This document shows, one piece after another, positions 26,954-34,922 of a stretch of DNA of 64,000 nucleotides. The position numbers were made by a program, and so were the translations under genes. Numbering within the stretch: the first letter of the stretch is position 1; every line of letters starts with the position of its first letter. This DNA is from a bacterium. Lineage in GTDB: Bacteria > Patescibacteriota > Saccharimonadia > Saccharimonadales > SZUA-47. The notes beneath the pieces were generated by a model. The model had not been told where the DNA came from and ran no database searches. It was given only the letters and a program-made list of their open reading frames with translations. The DNA is taken from positions 426,383-490,382 of the forward strand of contig JAUIBF010000001.1 of NCBI GenBank assembly GCA_030428125.1, given 5' to 3'.

Positions 26954-28301
26954 ACGCTATACGGTCTAGAATGGTGCCTTGCATATCAAGCATTATTGCT
27001 GGAGTCAGGACGAATTCTCCGTAACGATTATTTACGGCATCCACAGAGTCGGATATGCGTTTGCGAGCTGATATTTCGCTAAAGTGAACGCGCTCTAGTC
27101 GGACATCTTCTTGCTTAGATTCAACGTCAAATATACTCAGTTGTTCCGGATCCCAGGGGTATAAATCATAAACGTGCATCGACATAATCCTAACATTGTC
27201 ATCAATCTCTGCCTGATGAAGCAGTTTCTTGGTTGCCTCATAAATATCTTGGGTAGAATATAGCCTATGCGCAACCTTTTCGCCATGATGCCAAGATCGG
27301 AGCTTGTACATATTTTCGAAGCCTACAGCACCATCAAAAGCTGGCTGTCTGCCAACGAAACCCAAATACAAATGCACTCCTTTTGCATAATAGTCGTTCT
27401 TGCGTAAGCGTCTGCCGGTTTTTTCGCACAACTTCATCAGTAGACGTTCTAACTTTGCTATATCTCTGGTTTTGTCACTCAAAGCATGCTGATGACCAAT
27501 GCTTTTACGATCAAAGCTGATACCGTCAATCTCGTGTCCTCTCAAACGCAAGTACCAGTAATAGCCGTTTATGCTCTTGAAAACTTGCTTCTTGAGTGTG
27601 TTTAAATCAGCATCCAAAAACTCCAGTGGGGTATAAATACCTGCCGTTCGCAGTCGAGCCCTAAACCTAGTATTTATGCCCGGCAAATCAACTAAATTCA
27701 TTCCTTCATACTTTTCTCGCAAATTAGTATGGTCGATTAAGGTCATTCCGTCTGGTTTGCCAAACCCAGCAGCATATTTAGCCAAGAATCGGTTAGAGCC
27801 TATGCCAACATTAACCGTCACCCATTCACCAAGCCTTTCGCGTATTTTGTCCTTAATTTCTCGACCTATTTGTAGCATCGCCTGATTATGACTGTACAAG
27901 GACGTTCCTTGTACGTAACTTCGGTAGACGGGTGAACTAGTTAAGTCTAAGACGAATTCATCTATAGACTTCGGGGTTACGTCTGGGGTGTATTCCAGCA
28001 TCAGTTCTTTGAATCTCTTGTGAGCTTCGCGATACTTGGCCGGGTCAGGTGTCATGATTACTATTCCGGGACACATAGCTCGTGACTGCGACACATTGAC
28101 ACCCAGCTTTACGCCTTTTTCCTTGGCCTCGTAGCTGGCAGCTAGCACAAACCCCTTAGGGGTGTCGTAGGCAGAAATTCCTACCGGACGACCACGCAAT
28201 AATTTATTAGCCTGCTGCTCAATAATTGCAAAGCAACTATTCAGGTCGATGTGCATTACGAAGGGTTTATTTTTGTTGACTAAAAGGTTAGAATCTTTCA
28301 T
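26931..28301 (-). CDS. dinB: Y-family DNA polymerase (DinB/Pol IV-like)
   Basis: 456 aa with the N-terminus MHIDLNSCFAIIEQ (catalytic Asp region) and an IMS-family palm/fingers arrangement. Confidence 0.85.
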   Translation of the reverse strand: MKDSNLLVNKNKPFVMHIDLNSCFAIIEQQANKLLRGRPVGISAYDTPKGFVLAASYEAKEKGVKLGVNVSQSRAMCPGIVIMTPDPAKYREAHKRFKELMLEYTPDVTPKSIDEFVLDLTSSPVYRSYVQGTSLYSHNQAMLQIGREIKDKIRERLGEWVTVNVGIGSNRFLAKYAAGFGKPDGMTLIDHTNLREKYEGMNLVDLPGINTRFRARLRTAGIYTPLEFLDADLNTLKKQVFKSINGYYWYLRLRGHEIDGISFDRKSIGHQHALSDKTRDIAKLERLLMKLCEKTGRRLRKNDYYAKGVHLYLGFVGRQPAFDGAVGFENMYKLRSWHHGEKVAHRLYSTQDIYEATKKLLHQAEIDDNVRIMSMHVYDLYPWDPEQLSIFDVESKQEDVRLERVHFSEISARKRISDSVDAVNNRYGEFVLTPAIMLDMQGTILDRIAFGQVRDI

Positions 28302-28342
28302 GGTATTGACTAAGTTTAAATTTTATTGTATTGTAATTAATC

Positions 28343-28999
28343 ATGTCCAAGTTCTCTTATTTCGAATATCGGATGCCTCAATTTGTTACTCCTGAAGGTT
28401 ATAGCAAGGAGGCTTTTATAGCGGATACACTTCGTTTTCCTTATAGCCCTGAAGAGCCTGCTCGCTCTTGGAAGGTTATGTCCAATCGTCATCCTTGGCT
28501 GAAAAATCAGTTATTTCCCAAATCTGCCGGTGCGCATAGCGTAGTGAAATCGGTAATTCGTGAAGAAAACGCTTCTGCCAGTGTTCCGTTTAGGCCTAGT
28601 AGCAGAGAATGGCACATTGACGGCCCATCATTCGGCGAGAAGATTGCTATTTTGCGTACTGCTTGCCCGACTATTTTTGCAAGCTGTATCGCAGTAATTA
28701 ATGTAGAAGAGTACAAAGAGCAGGGTTTCTCTGGTAACCCTGCTGGGCCAGTTAGAGGGCTTACCCGTGCTTTTGGCGCAGACTGGCTGGAACAGGCTGC
28801 TGGACTATCGGAATGCAACCCCGTATTACGCAGAGTTATGCCCGGAGTGCAAGATCTAGAAGTGGAGCAAGCTCCGGTCGATATGATTGCCGTTGGAGAT
28901 ACTGCCGTCACCCTGCATCGTAGTGCAGACAGAAAGCCTGATGATCCGGAATTTAGTGTCATAGCAAGAGCTCTTTACGACTTACCTCAAGTGGCGTAG
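28343..28999 (+). CDS. Hypothetical protein (218 aa ORFan)
   Basis: It is divergent from dinB across a 41-bp spacer, with TTGACT-17-TATTGT 8 nt before the ATG. The amino-acid composition looks natural, unlike the antisense ORF. Confidence 0.6.
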   Translation: MSKFSYFEYRMPQFVTPEGYSKEAFIADTLRFPYSPEEPARSWKVMSNRHPWLKNQLFPKSAGAHSVVKSVIREENASASVPFRPSSREWHIDGPSFGEKIAILRTACPTIFASCIAVINVEEYKEQGFSGNPAGPVRGLTRAFGADWLEQAAGLSECNPVLRRVMPGVQDLEVEQAPVDMIAVGDTAVTLHRSADRKPDDPEFSVIARALYDLPQVA

Positions 29000-29271
29000 T
29001 GAGCCTGATTTTCGCCAGACATCATGTACTCCTCTAGGGTCCAGTTAAGTGTAGTGGCGTCAAATACTAGTTTGAAGTAAGTGGATTCGTCCTTGTCCGT
29101 TAGCGAGAAGTGGTGCAGCGTAGTAGAACCCTTTTTAGTCTTGTGATAGAAATCCACTTTGCCCAGTCGGTAATCGATACCGTCCCAGGTCAGGATTTCT
29201 GGTTTAAATATTTTGTGCTTTTTGGAATATATTGATAGAACCGATACCGGTTCGTTTAGTCCTTCACGCAT
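28987..29271 (-). CDS. Hypothetical protein (94 aa)
   Basis: Second gene of a two-ORF minus-strand pair. Its start overlaps the upstream ORF's stop by 8 nt. Confidence 0.5.
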   Translation of the reverse strand: MREGLNEPVSVLSIYSKKHKIFKPEILTWDGIDYRLGKVDFYHKTKKGSTTLHHFSLTDKDESTYFKLVFDATTLNWTLEEYMMSGENQAHYAT

Positions 29272-29494
29272 GGCTCCTCCTTGGTGAGCCTTGAGCTCGG
29301 AATGAGTCGAGGTTCATGTCGATGTCCTTTAGAAGCTCACCTATAGATTGCATGCCGGCTTTTCGTCCAGCATCTGCTTTAGCCGAATCCAGTTTAAGTT
29401 CTGTTTGTTCTAGAATTTCTGTTTTTTCTTTTGCGACCTCAGTGATTTTTACTCCATTTTCTTCAATAAGTTCACCAAAATAATAGATTTTCAT
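29264..29494 (-). CDS. Hypothetical protein (76 aa)
   Basis: SD GAGGT sits 9 nt upstream (minus strand). It is predicted helical and overlaps the next ORF. Confidence 0.5.
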   Translation of the reverse strand: MKIYYFGELIEENGVKITEVAKEKTEILEQTELKLDSAKADAGRKAGMQSIGELLKDIDMNLDSFRAQGSPRRSHA

Positions 29495-29810
29495 AATTAA
29501 TACCTCAAATAAGCTAGTTTATAAAGAGAAACGAACAGTTTAACGCTCACACTGCCAACGATTTGAGATCTTTGCGAGATCAATGATTTAGCTAGCTTGC
29601 TAGAAGTAGGCGGGAATTTCTCATCCTGGCTACTGATGCTTGAATATAGAGTTTGTAAGGAGGAATCCGCCGATCAAGGCAAAAGCCCTTACACAACTTA
29701 GTTATATTCTACACCCACCCAACTAGTACAAATCAAGTTTTTTGGCTAAAAAAAGGTTGTGCTTTTTGCATGCTTTTTAAACTGTTTTCGTGATAAGCTA
29801 AAGCAAGATA

Positions 29811-30467
29811 ATGAATGATAGTCCTTACTTTGTATCACGTGCTGATGTGGGCAAGCGCTTCGCAGAGGAGTTATTTAACTTGCGCTATGAAAACACGGCA
29901 GTACTAGCTCTGTCGCCCGGAGGAGTTATCATAGGTATAGAAATAGCTAAAAGGCTGCACTCTATCACTGGTTTATTACTGCTGAAACACGTACATGTGC
30001 CTGGCGATACTCCATATGGCATGATTGATGATCACGGAGGATTTACAATTGATGGCTCAATTTCTATCGCCGAAGCAAAAGAATTTAAGTCAGAATACAG
30101 AAACTCTATAGAGCAGGGCAAAATGGAAGCTGTGCACAAGCTACATGCCATTGGTAACGACGGATACCTACAGCCAAAGTACTTTAACGGCAGAAATGTG
30201 ATAATAGTAAACGATATATCTATGACCGGCACGTCATTCCAGGCTGCTCTCGATTTCCTGAAGCCTGCGAGTCTAGAGAGCGTAGTTTTAGTAGCCGCTG
30301 TTGCCAAAGAACAGTCAGCAGATGTTATGCATCACCTGGGAGACAAAGTACTTATCGCGCATAAAACTGATAAAGATTTCCCCTCTGGACACTACTTCGC
30401 CAATGACGAAATACCTGAGTCTAGAGCACTAGAGCGTATGATGAGCCAAGTCATCTTGCAGTGGTAA
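29811..30467 (+). CDS. Phosphoribosyltransferase-family protein
   Basis: 218 aa with a PRPP-binding-like loop VIIVNDISMTGTSF and an N-terminal region typical of the roughly 220-aa putative PRTase family. Confidence 0.72.
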   Translation: MNDSPYFVSRADVGKRFAEELFNLRYENTAVLALSPGGVIIGIEIAKRLHSITGLLLLKHVHVPGDTPYGMIDDHGGFTIDGSISIAEAKEFKSEYRNSIEQGKMEAVHKLHAIGNDGYLQPKYFNGRNVIIVNDISMTGTSFQAALDFLKPASLESVVLVAAVAKEQSADVMHHLGDKVLIAHKTDKDFPSGHYFANDEIPESRALERMMSQVILQW

Positions 30468-30470
30468 ATG

Positions 30471-31094
30471 CTATTTATAAAAACCTTCGTCTGAGGTAAT
30501 TCCATTTTCAAGATCTAGTGGTTCCACATCAATATCAAAATCTTTTAACAGCTCAGAAACTAAGTCGGTGGGCAATCCAATAATCACATCTTTACGGCCT
30601 TCTATCTTCTTGATATGAGGTTTCATTAATGGATGTTCGATGGCATAGCCACCAGCTTTATCCAAGGTAGAGCCTGTGGCAGCATACTCAGCAATAAAAT
30701 CTTCTGAGAGATCATCCACCGTAACAAAAGAGGACTCAGATAAAGCTTTAGAATAGTTTTTAGACTTACAAACGACAGCAACGGAGCAAATTAATTCATG
30801 GGTGCGTCCACTAAGAGCGCGTAAACGCACCTTAGCATCTTCTACGCTTTCCGGTTTGCCAATTTGTTTGCCGTCTATTACTACAATCAAATCACTACCG
30901 ATGACTATGTCGTCGGGGTTATTTTCAGCAACTGCATTCGCTTTACCTAAGCCAAGCTCTTTAGCGACTTCTTCTGCAGACTTTGTATCGTCAAAATATT
31001 CTTCAAAATCGCTAGGGATTTGCTCAAACTCTACTCCCATTTGGGTTAGCAGGAATACTCGGCGTGGTGATTGAGAGGCCAAAATAATCTTCAT
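30471..31094 (-). CDS. maf: Maf-like nucleoside triphosphate pyrophosphatase
   Basis: MKIILASQSPRRVFLL N-terminus; 207 aa. Confidence 0.9.
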   Translation of the reverse strand: MKIILASQSPRRVFLLTQMGVEFEQIPSDFEEYFDDTKSAEEVAKELGLGKANAVAENNPDDIVIGSDLIVVIDGKQIGKPESVEDAKVRLRALSGRTHELICSVAVVCKSKNYSKALSESSFVTVDDLSEDFIAEYAATGSTLDKAGGYAIEHPLMKPHIKKIEGRKDVIIGLPTDLVSELLKDFDIDVEPLDLENGITSDEGFYK

Positions 31095-31268
31095 ACGTGA
31101 AACTATAACAGATATCAGGTATAATAACTCTAGTTCAAAACCAATTTTTTAAACCAAGAACTGGTTCTGTTTGAAAAATTGAGAGCAAGAAGCTTGTTAC
31201 GATTTCTAGTTTGCATGCTCAAACTTGTTTTGGCATAAAACAGAAATCGAAGCATTACATTTTTGCGA

Positions 31269-31344
31269 AGGGGAGTAGCTCAGTTGGTAGAGCACCGGTC
31301 TCCAAAACCGGGTGTCGCAGGTTCAAGTCCTGTCTCCCCTGCCA
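31269..31344 (+). tRNA. tRNA-Trp (anticodon CCA)
   Basis: Acceptor AGGGGAG/CTCCCCT, anticodon stem-loop CCGGT-CTCCAAA-ACCGG, T arm GCAGG-TTCAAGT-CCTGT. CCA is encoded. Confidence 0.94.
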
Positions 31345-31360
31345 TAACACTTAAGCTTGC
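31340..31360 (+). repeat. Direct repeat copy 1 (TGCCAtAACACTTAAGCTTGC), overlapping the tRNA-Trp 3' end
   Basis: A 21-mer that recurs at 31889-31909 with one mismatch. Confidence 0.8.
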
Positions 31361-31412
31361 TAGATGACCATATAAAAGTAATAATTGAGTTTTAAGTGAG
31401 AGGTTATTAGAC

Positions 31413-31871
31413 ATGAGCGATATGCAAGGTGCTGTAGAAGAAGGTTTACCAACTCCTCCCGCAGAAGATGATTCTAGAGAGTGGACTAGCGAATGGGTGC
31501 TAAACGAGCATACAAGAACGTGGGAGCGTAGATATTTACATCGTCACTTCAAAACTGGCGCTCTCACCGACACAGAGTTAGTCCATAAAGGACCTATGCA
31601 TAGACCTGGGGTTTTACGTGACGTTGTACACCTAAACGTTCCGTTAGTGTCTTTGAAATCTCATCCTGACACGCCAGGTGTTATGCCGGAGGAGCATGAA
31701 GGTATGTGGATAAGCACAAATCCTGCGTGGCCTGAAATGTCCGTAACTAGCCACCTTGGGTCGTTAGGTCTTGTGGCAGATTTTAAGGGAAGTGTCCCTC
31801 CACAGTACGAAGAATTTGATGGCCTTAGTGCTGTCGTAATATTTGCCCGTGATCCGGCAAAAGTTTCCTGA
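31413..31871 (+). CDS. Hypothetical protein (152 aa ORFan, W/H/P/E-rich)
   Basis: ORF with SD-like GAGAGG upstream, flanked by the 21-nt direct repeat. I recognise no motif. Confidence 0.55.
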   Translation: MSDMQGAVEEGLPTPPAEDDSREWTSEWVLNEHTRTWERRYLHRHFKTGALTDTELVHKGPMHRPGVLRDVVHLNVPLVSLKSHPDTPGVMPEEHEGMWISTNPAWPEMSVTSHLGSLGLVADFKGSVPPQYEEFDGLSAVVIFARDPAKVS

Positions 31872-31888
31872 ACTAGTCAATCAGAGGT

Positions 31889-31909
31889 TGCCAAAACACT
31901 TAAGCTTGC
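31889..31909 (+). repeat. Direct repeat copy 2 (TGCCAaAACACTTAAGCTTGC)
   Basis: Matches 31340-31360 at 20 of 21 positions, 549 bp downstream. Confidence 0.8.
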
Positions 31910-31942
31910 ATAAAGATGCTTCTCTGCAATAATAAATTCATA

Positions 31943-32215
31943 ATGTTAGAATTAGAACAAATTTCAGGTGGACCATGGGCAGTTTGTGTAACTGAATTCG
32001 ATTCTGGGGGCGTATTAACTGCAGTTCGTGAGAGGGAACCTGGTGTATGGTCGTGTGACACTGAAGGCATACCCTTATCGTACGCAGAAGCAACAAAGAG
32101 AGCAGCTCGTTTTAATGCCAGCCTAGAGCAAGACCCAGCTGTAAGAGATCAAGTATTTCTAAGAAGTGCCGGGGGCACTGTGCTGCATTTCGATTCGACT
32201 ACTTTGGCCGCTTAA
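31943..32215 (+). CDS. Hypothetical protein (90 aa ORFan)
   Basis: I prefer the internal ATG at 31943. The extended -10 TGcAATAAT (31925-31933) lies 9 nt upstream, so the track start at 31916 would fall inside the promoter. Confidence 0.5.
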   Translation: MLELEQISGGPWAVCVTEFDSGGVLTAVREREPGVWSCDTEGIPLSYAEATKRAARFNASLEQDPAVRDQVFLRSAGGTVLHFDSTTLAA

Positions 32216-32252
32216 TCTTAAGTCAAAGTGTGTCAGCTAAGGGGTGCTGTTA

Positions 32253-32282
32253 TTGACATTTATGTGTGATTAATGTTATAAT
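32253..32282 (+). promoter_or_regulatory. Near-consensus sigma70 promoter
   Basis: TTGACA (32253-32258), 18 nt, TATAAT (32277-32282). The ATG at 32292 is 9 nt downstream with no SD. Confidence 0.65.
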
Positions 32283-32291
32283 ATAGTTATT

Positions 32292-32606
32292 ATGGCACTA
32301 GGCAGACGCCCCAGTATCCCACAAGACGTATTCGAAGCGCGTTTAAGCGACGCGTTTAAAGGCTTTGCAGTCGACACAGGCACTATGCCTTCTGTTGACG
32401 ACGCTATCGCATACGACATTGCACAAGGTAATCAGCCACCATTACCCAGAGCATCAGTATTTAGAAGATTGAACGCTCTCACTGAAGGAAATCCTGAAGT
32501 AGACACTTATGGCCTGGCAGTTGCATATGCAGGGCAAATAGGAATTAGATCAGCAGTCCAAGTAGACGGTGAATTCTACGTCCACCAGGCTTCAGTTAGC
32601 ACCTAG
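32292..32606 (+). CDS. Hypothetical protein (104 aa ORFan)
   Basis: ORF directly behind a consensus promoter. I recognise no motif. Confidence 0.55.
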   Translation: MALGRRPSIPQDVFEARLSDAFKGFAVDTGTMPSVDDAIAYDIAQGNQPPLPRASVFRRLNALTEGNPEVDTYGLAVAYAGQIGIRSAVQVDGEFYVHQASVST

Positions 32607-32649
32607 AACTCTGTACTAACCAGAAACCACATTATGTTATATTCAATCC

Positions 32650-33177
32650 ATGCCATTGGATATTGGAGTTGGACTAATGCTAGGCGTGTATCTTAGCGAT
32701 ATTTCGTCGATATCGTACTCGTGGTGTCTAGTTATTGGAGTTGTGTCGACTTTACTACCCGATCTGGACTTCATCTGGACTTACATAACGAAAAACAAAA
32801 CGGACACTAGACACAGAGACCTGCTTCACTACCCATTGATATTTACACCTATAGTTTTTGCTTTAGGGTTATTAGTCAGCCAGGAAGTAGCAATCGTACT
32901 AGCTCTAGGTTCTTTAGCGCACTTTATCCACGATAGCTTTGGGATAGGATTCGGCTTAAAATGGCTTTTTCCTTTTAGGAAGAATTCTTATCTGTTCTTT
33001 TTTCAGACAAGTACTCCAAAAAACATCGACATGCCCAAGCCCAAGAAATGGGTATACTCTTGGACCGACACACAACGCAATAAAATGATTGAAAAGTATG
33101 GTTACAAGGATTGGATTCGTCATATATATTTCAGGCCCATCCGTTTGGTATTTTTGAATACTCAGTACTGGCAATAG
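32650..33177 (+). CDS. Membrane-bound metal-dependent hydrolase (DUF457/YdjM-like)
   Basis: Multi-TM protein of 175 aa with LLPDLD and HRDLLHYP / HFIHD His/Asp motifs. Confidence 0.7.
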   Translation: MPLDIGVGLMLGVYLSDISSISYSWCLVIGVVSTLLPDLDFIWTYITKNKTDTRHRDLLHYPLIFTPIVFALGLLVSQEVAIVLALGSLAHFIHDSFGIGFGLKWLFPFRKNSYLFFFQTSTPKNIDMPKPKKWVYSWTDTQRNKMIEKYGYKDWIRHIYFRPIRLVFLNTQYWQ

Positions 33178-33233
33178 GTATATTTGTAGCAATTATTAAT
33201 CTGTAGATTTATCGTGATAAAATTGTAGTAACA

Positions 33234-34160
33234 GTGGCTAAACAGACATATTCAGACACAAACGTAGTTGGCACCTCGTTGATAGTCAGTGTTTCTGACG
33301 TTTTATTGAACGTTTTGGTTGGAGTTCTGACAGGCAGTACAGTTGTTTTTGCTCAAAGTTTGCAAGGTATTTCAGACCTGCTTACTGCTGCAGTGCTTTA
33401 TACGGGAGTGCGTAGGAGTAAACGTAAAGCAGACAAGAAACATCCGCTAGGCTACGGTAGGGAGATATTCTTTTGGGTACTGATTGCCGGTGTTGTAATG
33501 TTCATCGGAACAGGTTTCATTACTTTAAACCTAGGCATAGATCAGTTTACTAATCCAGGTGAGATTGATTCAGTTTACATAGCTTTTATTATGTTGACCT
33601 TTGGATTTTTGACTAACCTTTATGCTTTCAGGAAAAGCGTTAAACGACTTAGAGGACGGCAAAGAAAGAATATCTGGAGAGTATGGCGTGGATCATCGCT
33701 AATCGAAACAAAAGCAACGTTTATTGTGGACTTCCTAGGAACAGCTTCTGCCGCCATCGGTTTGACTGCCTTAGGACTATACGCACTAACTGGAGACGTT
33801 AAGTTTGACGGGTTAGGAACAATGTTTGTAGGAATCACTATGATGATTGCTGCTGTGGTGTTAGTTCTAGACGTTAGAGACTTAATCGTCGGAAAAGCTG
33901 TTCCAGACAATATAAATCGCAAAATTCGCTCGAGCGCAATGAGCCATAAAGAAGTCGAAGAAATACTAGACCTCAGGACGCTGTACTTGGGTTCAGAGAA
34001 ACTTTTAGTATTGCTTGAGGTACATATCAACGACCAAATGACTACCAATCAAATAGAGCACCTAATCGATAGGATTAGAGCAAAAATAAGGAAAGAAATC
34101 CCTCAGGCTTACCATTTGCAAATAGAAGTCGAAACACCAGACGACGAAATAATAGGCTAG
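33234..34160 (+). CDS. Cation diffusion facilitator family transporter
   Basis: GTG start, six TM segments, a HPLGYGREIFF motif and a C-terminal cytoplasmic domain; 308 aa. Confidence 0.85.
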   Translation: MAKQTYSDTNVVGTSLIVSVSDVLLNVLVGVLTGSTVVFAQSLQGISDLLTAAVLYTGVRRSKRKADKKHPLGYGREIFFWVLIAGVVMFIGTGFITLNLGIDQFTNPGEIDSVYIAFIMLTFGFLTNLYAFRKSVKRLRGRQRKNIWRVWRGSSLIETKATFIVDFLGTASAAIGLTALGLYALTGDVKFDGLGTMFVGITMMIAAVVLVLDVRDLIVGKAVPDNINRKIRSSAMSHKEVEEILDLRTLYLGSEKLLVLLEVHINDQMTTNQIEHLIDRIRAKIRKEIPQAYHLQIEVETPDDEIIG

Positions 34161-34214
34161 ACATATAGCGTTACCTCTTTAAAATACGTCAATTTTCTGC
34201 TATAAATAGTTGCA

Positions 34215-34874
34215 ATGACTAACGCTAAGCTAAAAACCAACAAGCCAGTATTGATATTGCTGTACGGCTTTCCTGGCGCTGGCAAGACGCACTTTTCTAA
34301 TAACATCACCGAGCATCTAGAGTCAGCAGTGGTCCAGAGTGACCGTATTCGAAGCGAACTATTTGAAGAGCCTCGTTACGATGCGCAAGAGAACAGCATC
34401 GTTAAACATTTAATGAACTACATGAGCGAAGAGTTTTTGAATGCTGGAGTATCTGTCGTGTATGACATGAACGCAATGCGTAAAGCTCAGAGACACGAAC
34501 TGCGAGAGATGGCTCGCAAAAAAAGAGCAAAGACGGTTTTAGTTTGGTTCCAGCTAGATGCCGATACGGCATTTCAAAGACTGAACAGCAGAGACCGACG
34601 TACGGCTGACGACAAATATGCTATGGACTACACTCAGAACGAGTTTCGAGACTATGCATCACATATGCAGCACCCTGCATCTACAGAAGATTACGTTGTC
34701 GTAAGTGGCAAACATACTTTTGGTAGTCAAAAAACGGCATTTTTTAAAAAGCTAATCGAACTTGGATTAATCGATTCTACCTCGGGTCAGTCTAAAGTCG
34801 CTAAACCAGGACTCATAAATTTGATTCCTAAAGGTCGTGTGGATATGACCAAAAGAAATATTTCTATACGCTAA
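34215..34874 (+). CDS. P-loop kinase-like ATPase (AAA_33/zeta-like)
   Basis: Walker A YGFPGAGKTHF and Walker-B-like VVYDMN; 219 aa. Confidence 0.65.
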   Translation: MTNAKLKTNKPVLILLYGFPGAGKTHFSNNITEHLESAVVQSDRIRSELFEEPRYDAQENSIVKHLMNYMSEEFLNAGVSVVYDMNAMRKAQRHELREMARKKRAKTVLVWFQLDADTAFQRLNSRDRRTADDKYAMDYTQNEFRDYASHMQHPASTEDYVVVSGKHTFGSQKTAFFKKLIELGLIDSTSGQSKVAKPGLINLIPKGRVDMTKRNISIR

Positions 34875-34922
34875 AGACAATCTATAGACTGAATGAATCA
34901 GTAAATAGATTAGAATATAGAT

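Noticed and set aside
28507-28962. 151-aa minus-strand ORF antisense to the 218-aa ORFan (28343-28999).
   Set aside because: Only one of the two can be real. The plus-strand product has a balanced composition and a promoter 8 nt upstream. The minus-strand product is S/T/A/C-rich and has no start signals.
29600-29700. Possible SRP RNA or RNase P fragment, based on a GGAA tetraloop closed by GGA/UCC, CAAGGCA, and a GGAGGAAUCC string.
   Set aside because: The conserved SRP domain IV motif (AGCA opposite the symmetric loop) is lacking, as are the RNase P P4 strings (GAGGAAAGUCC / ACAGAA). The region is also too short for RNase P.
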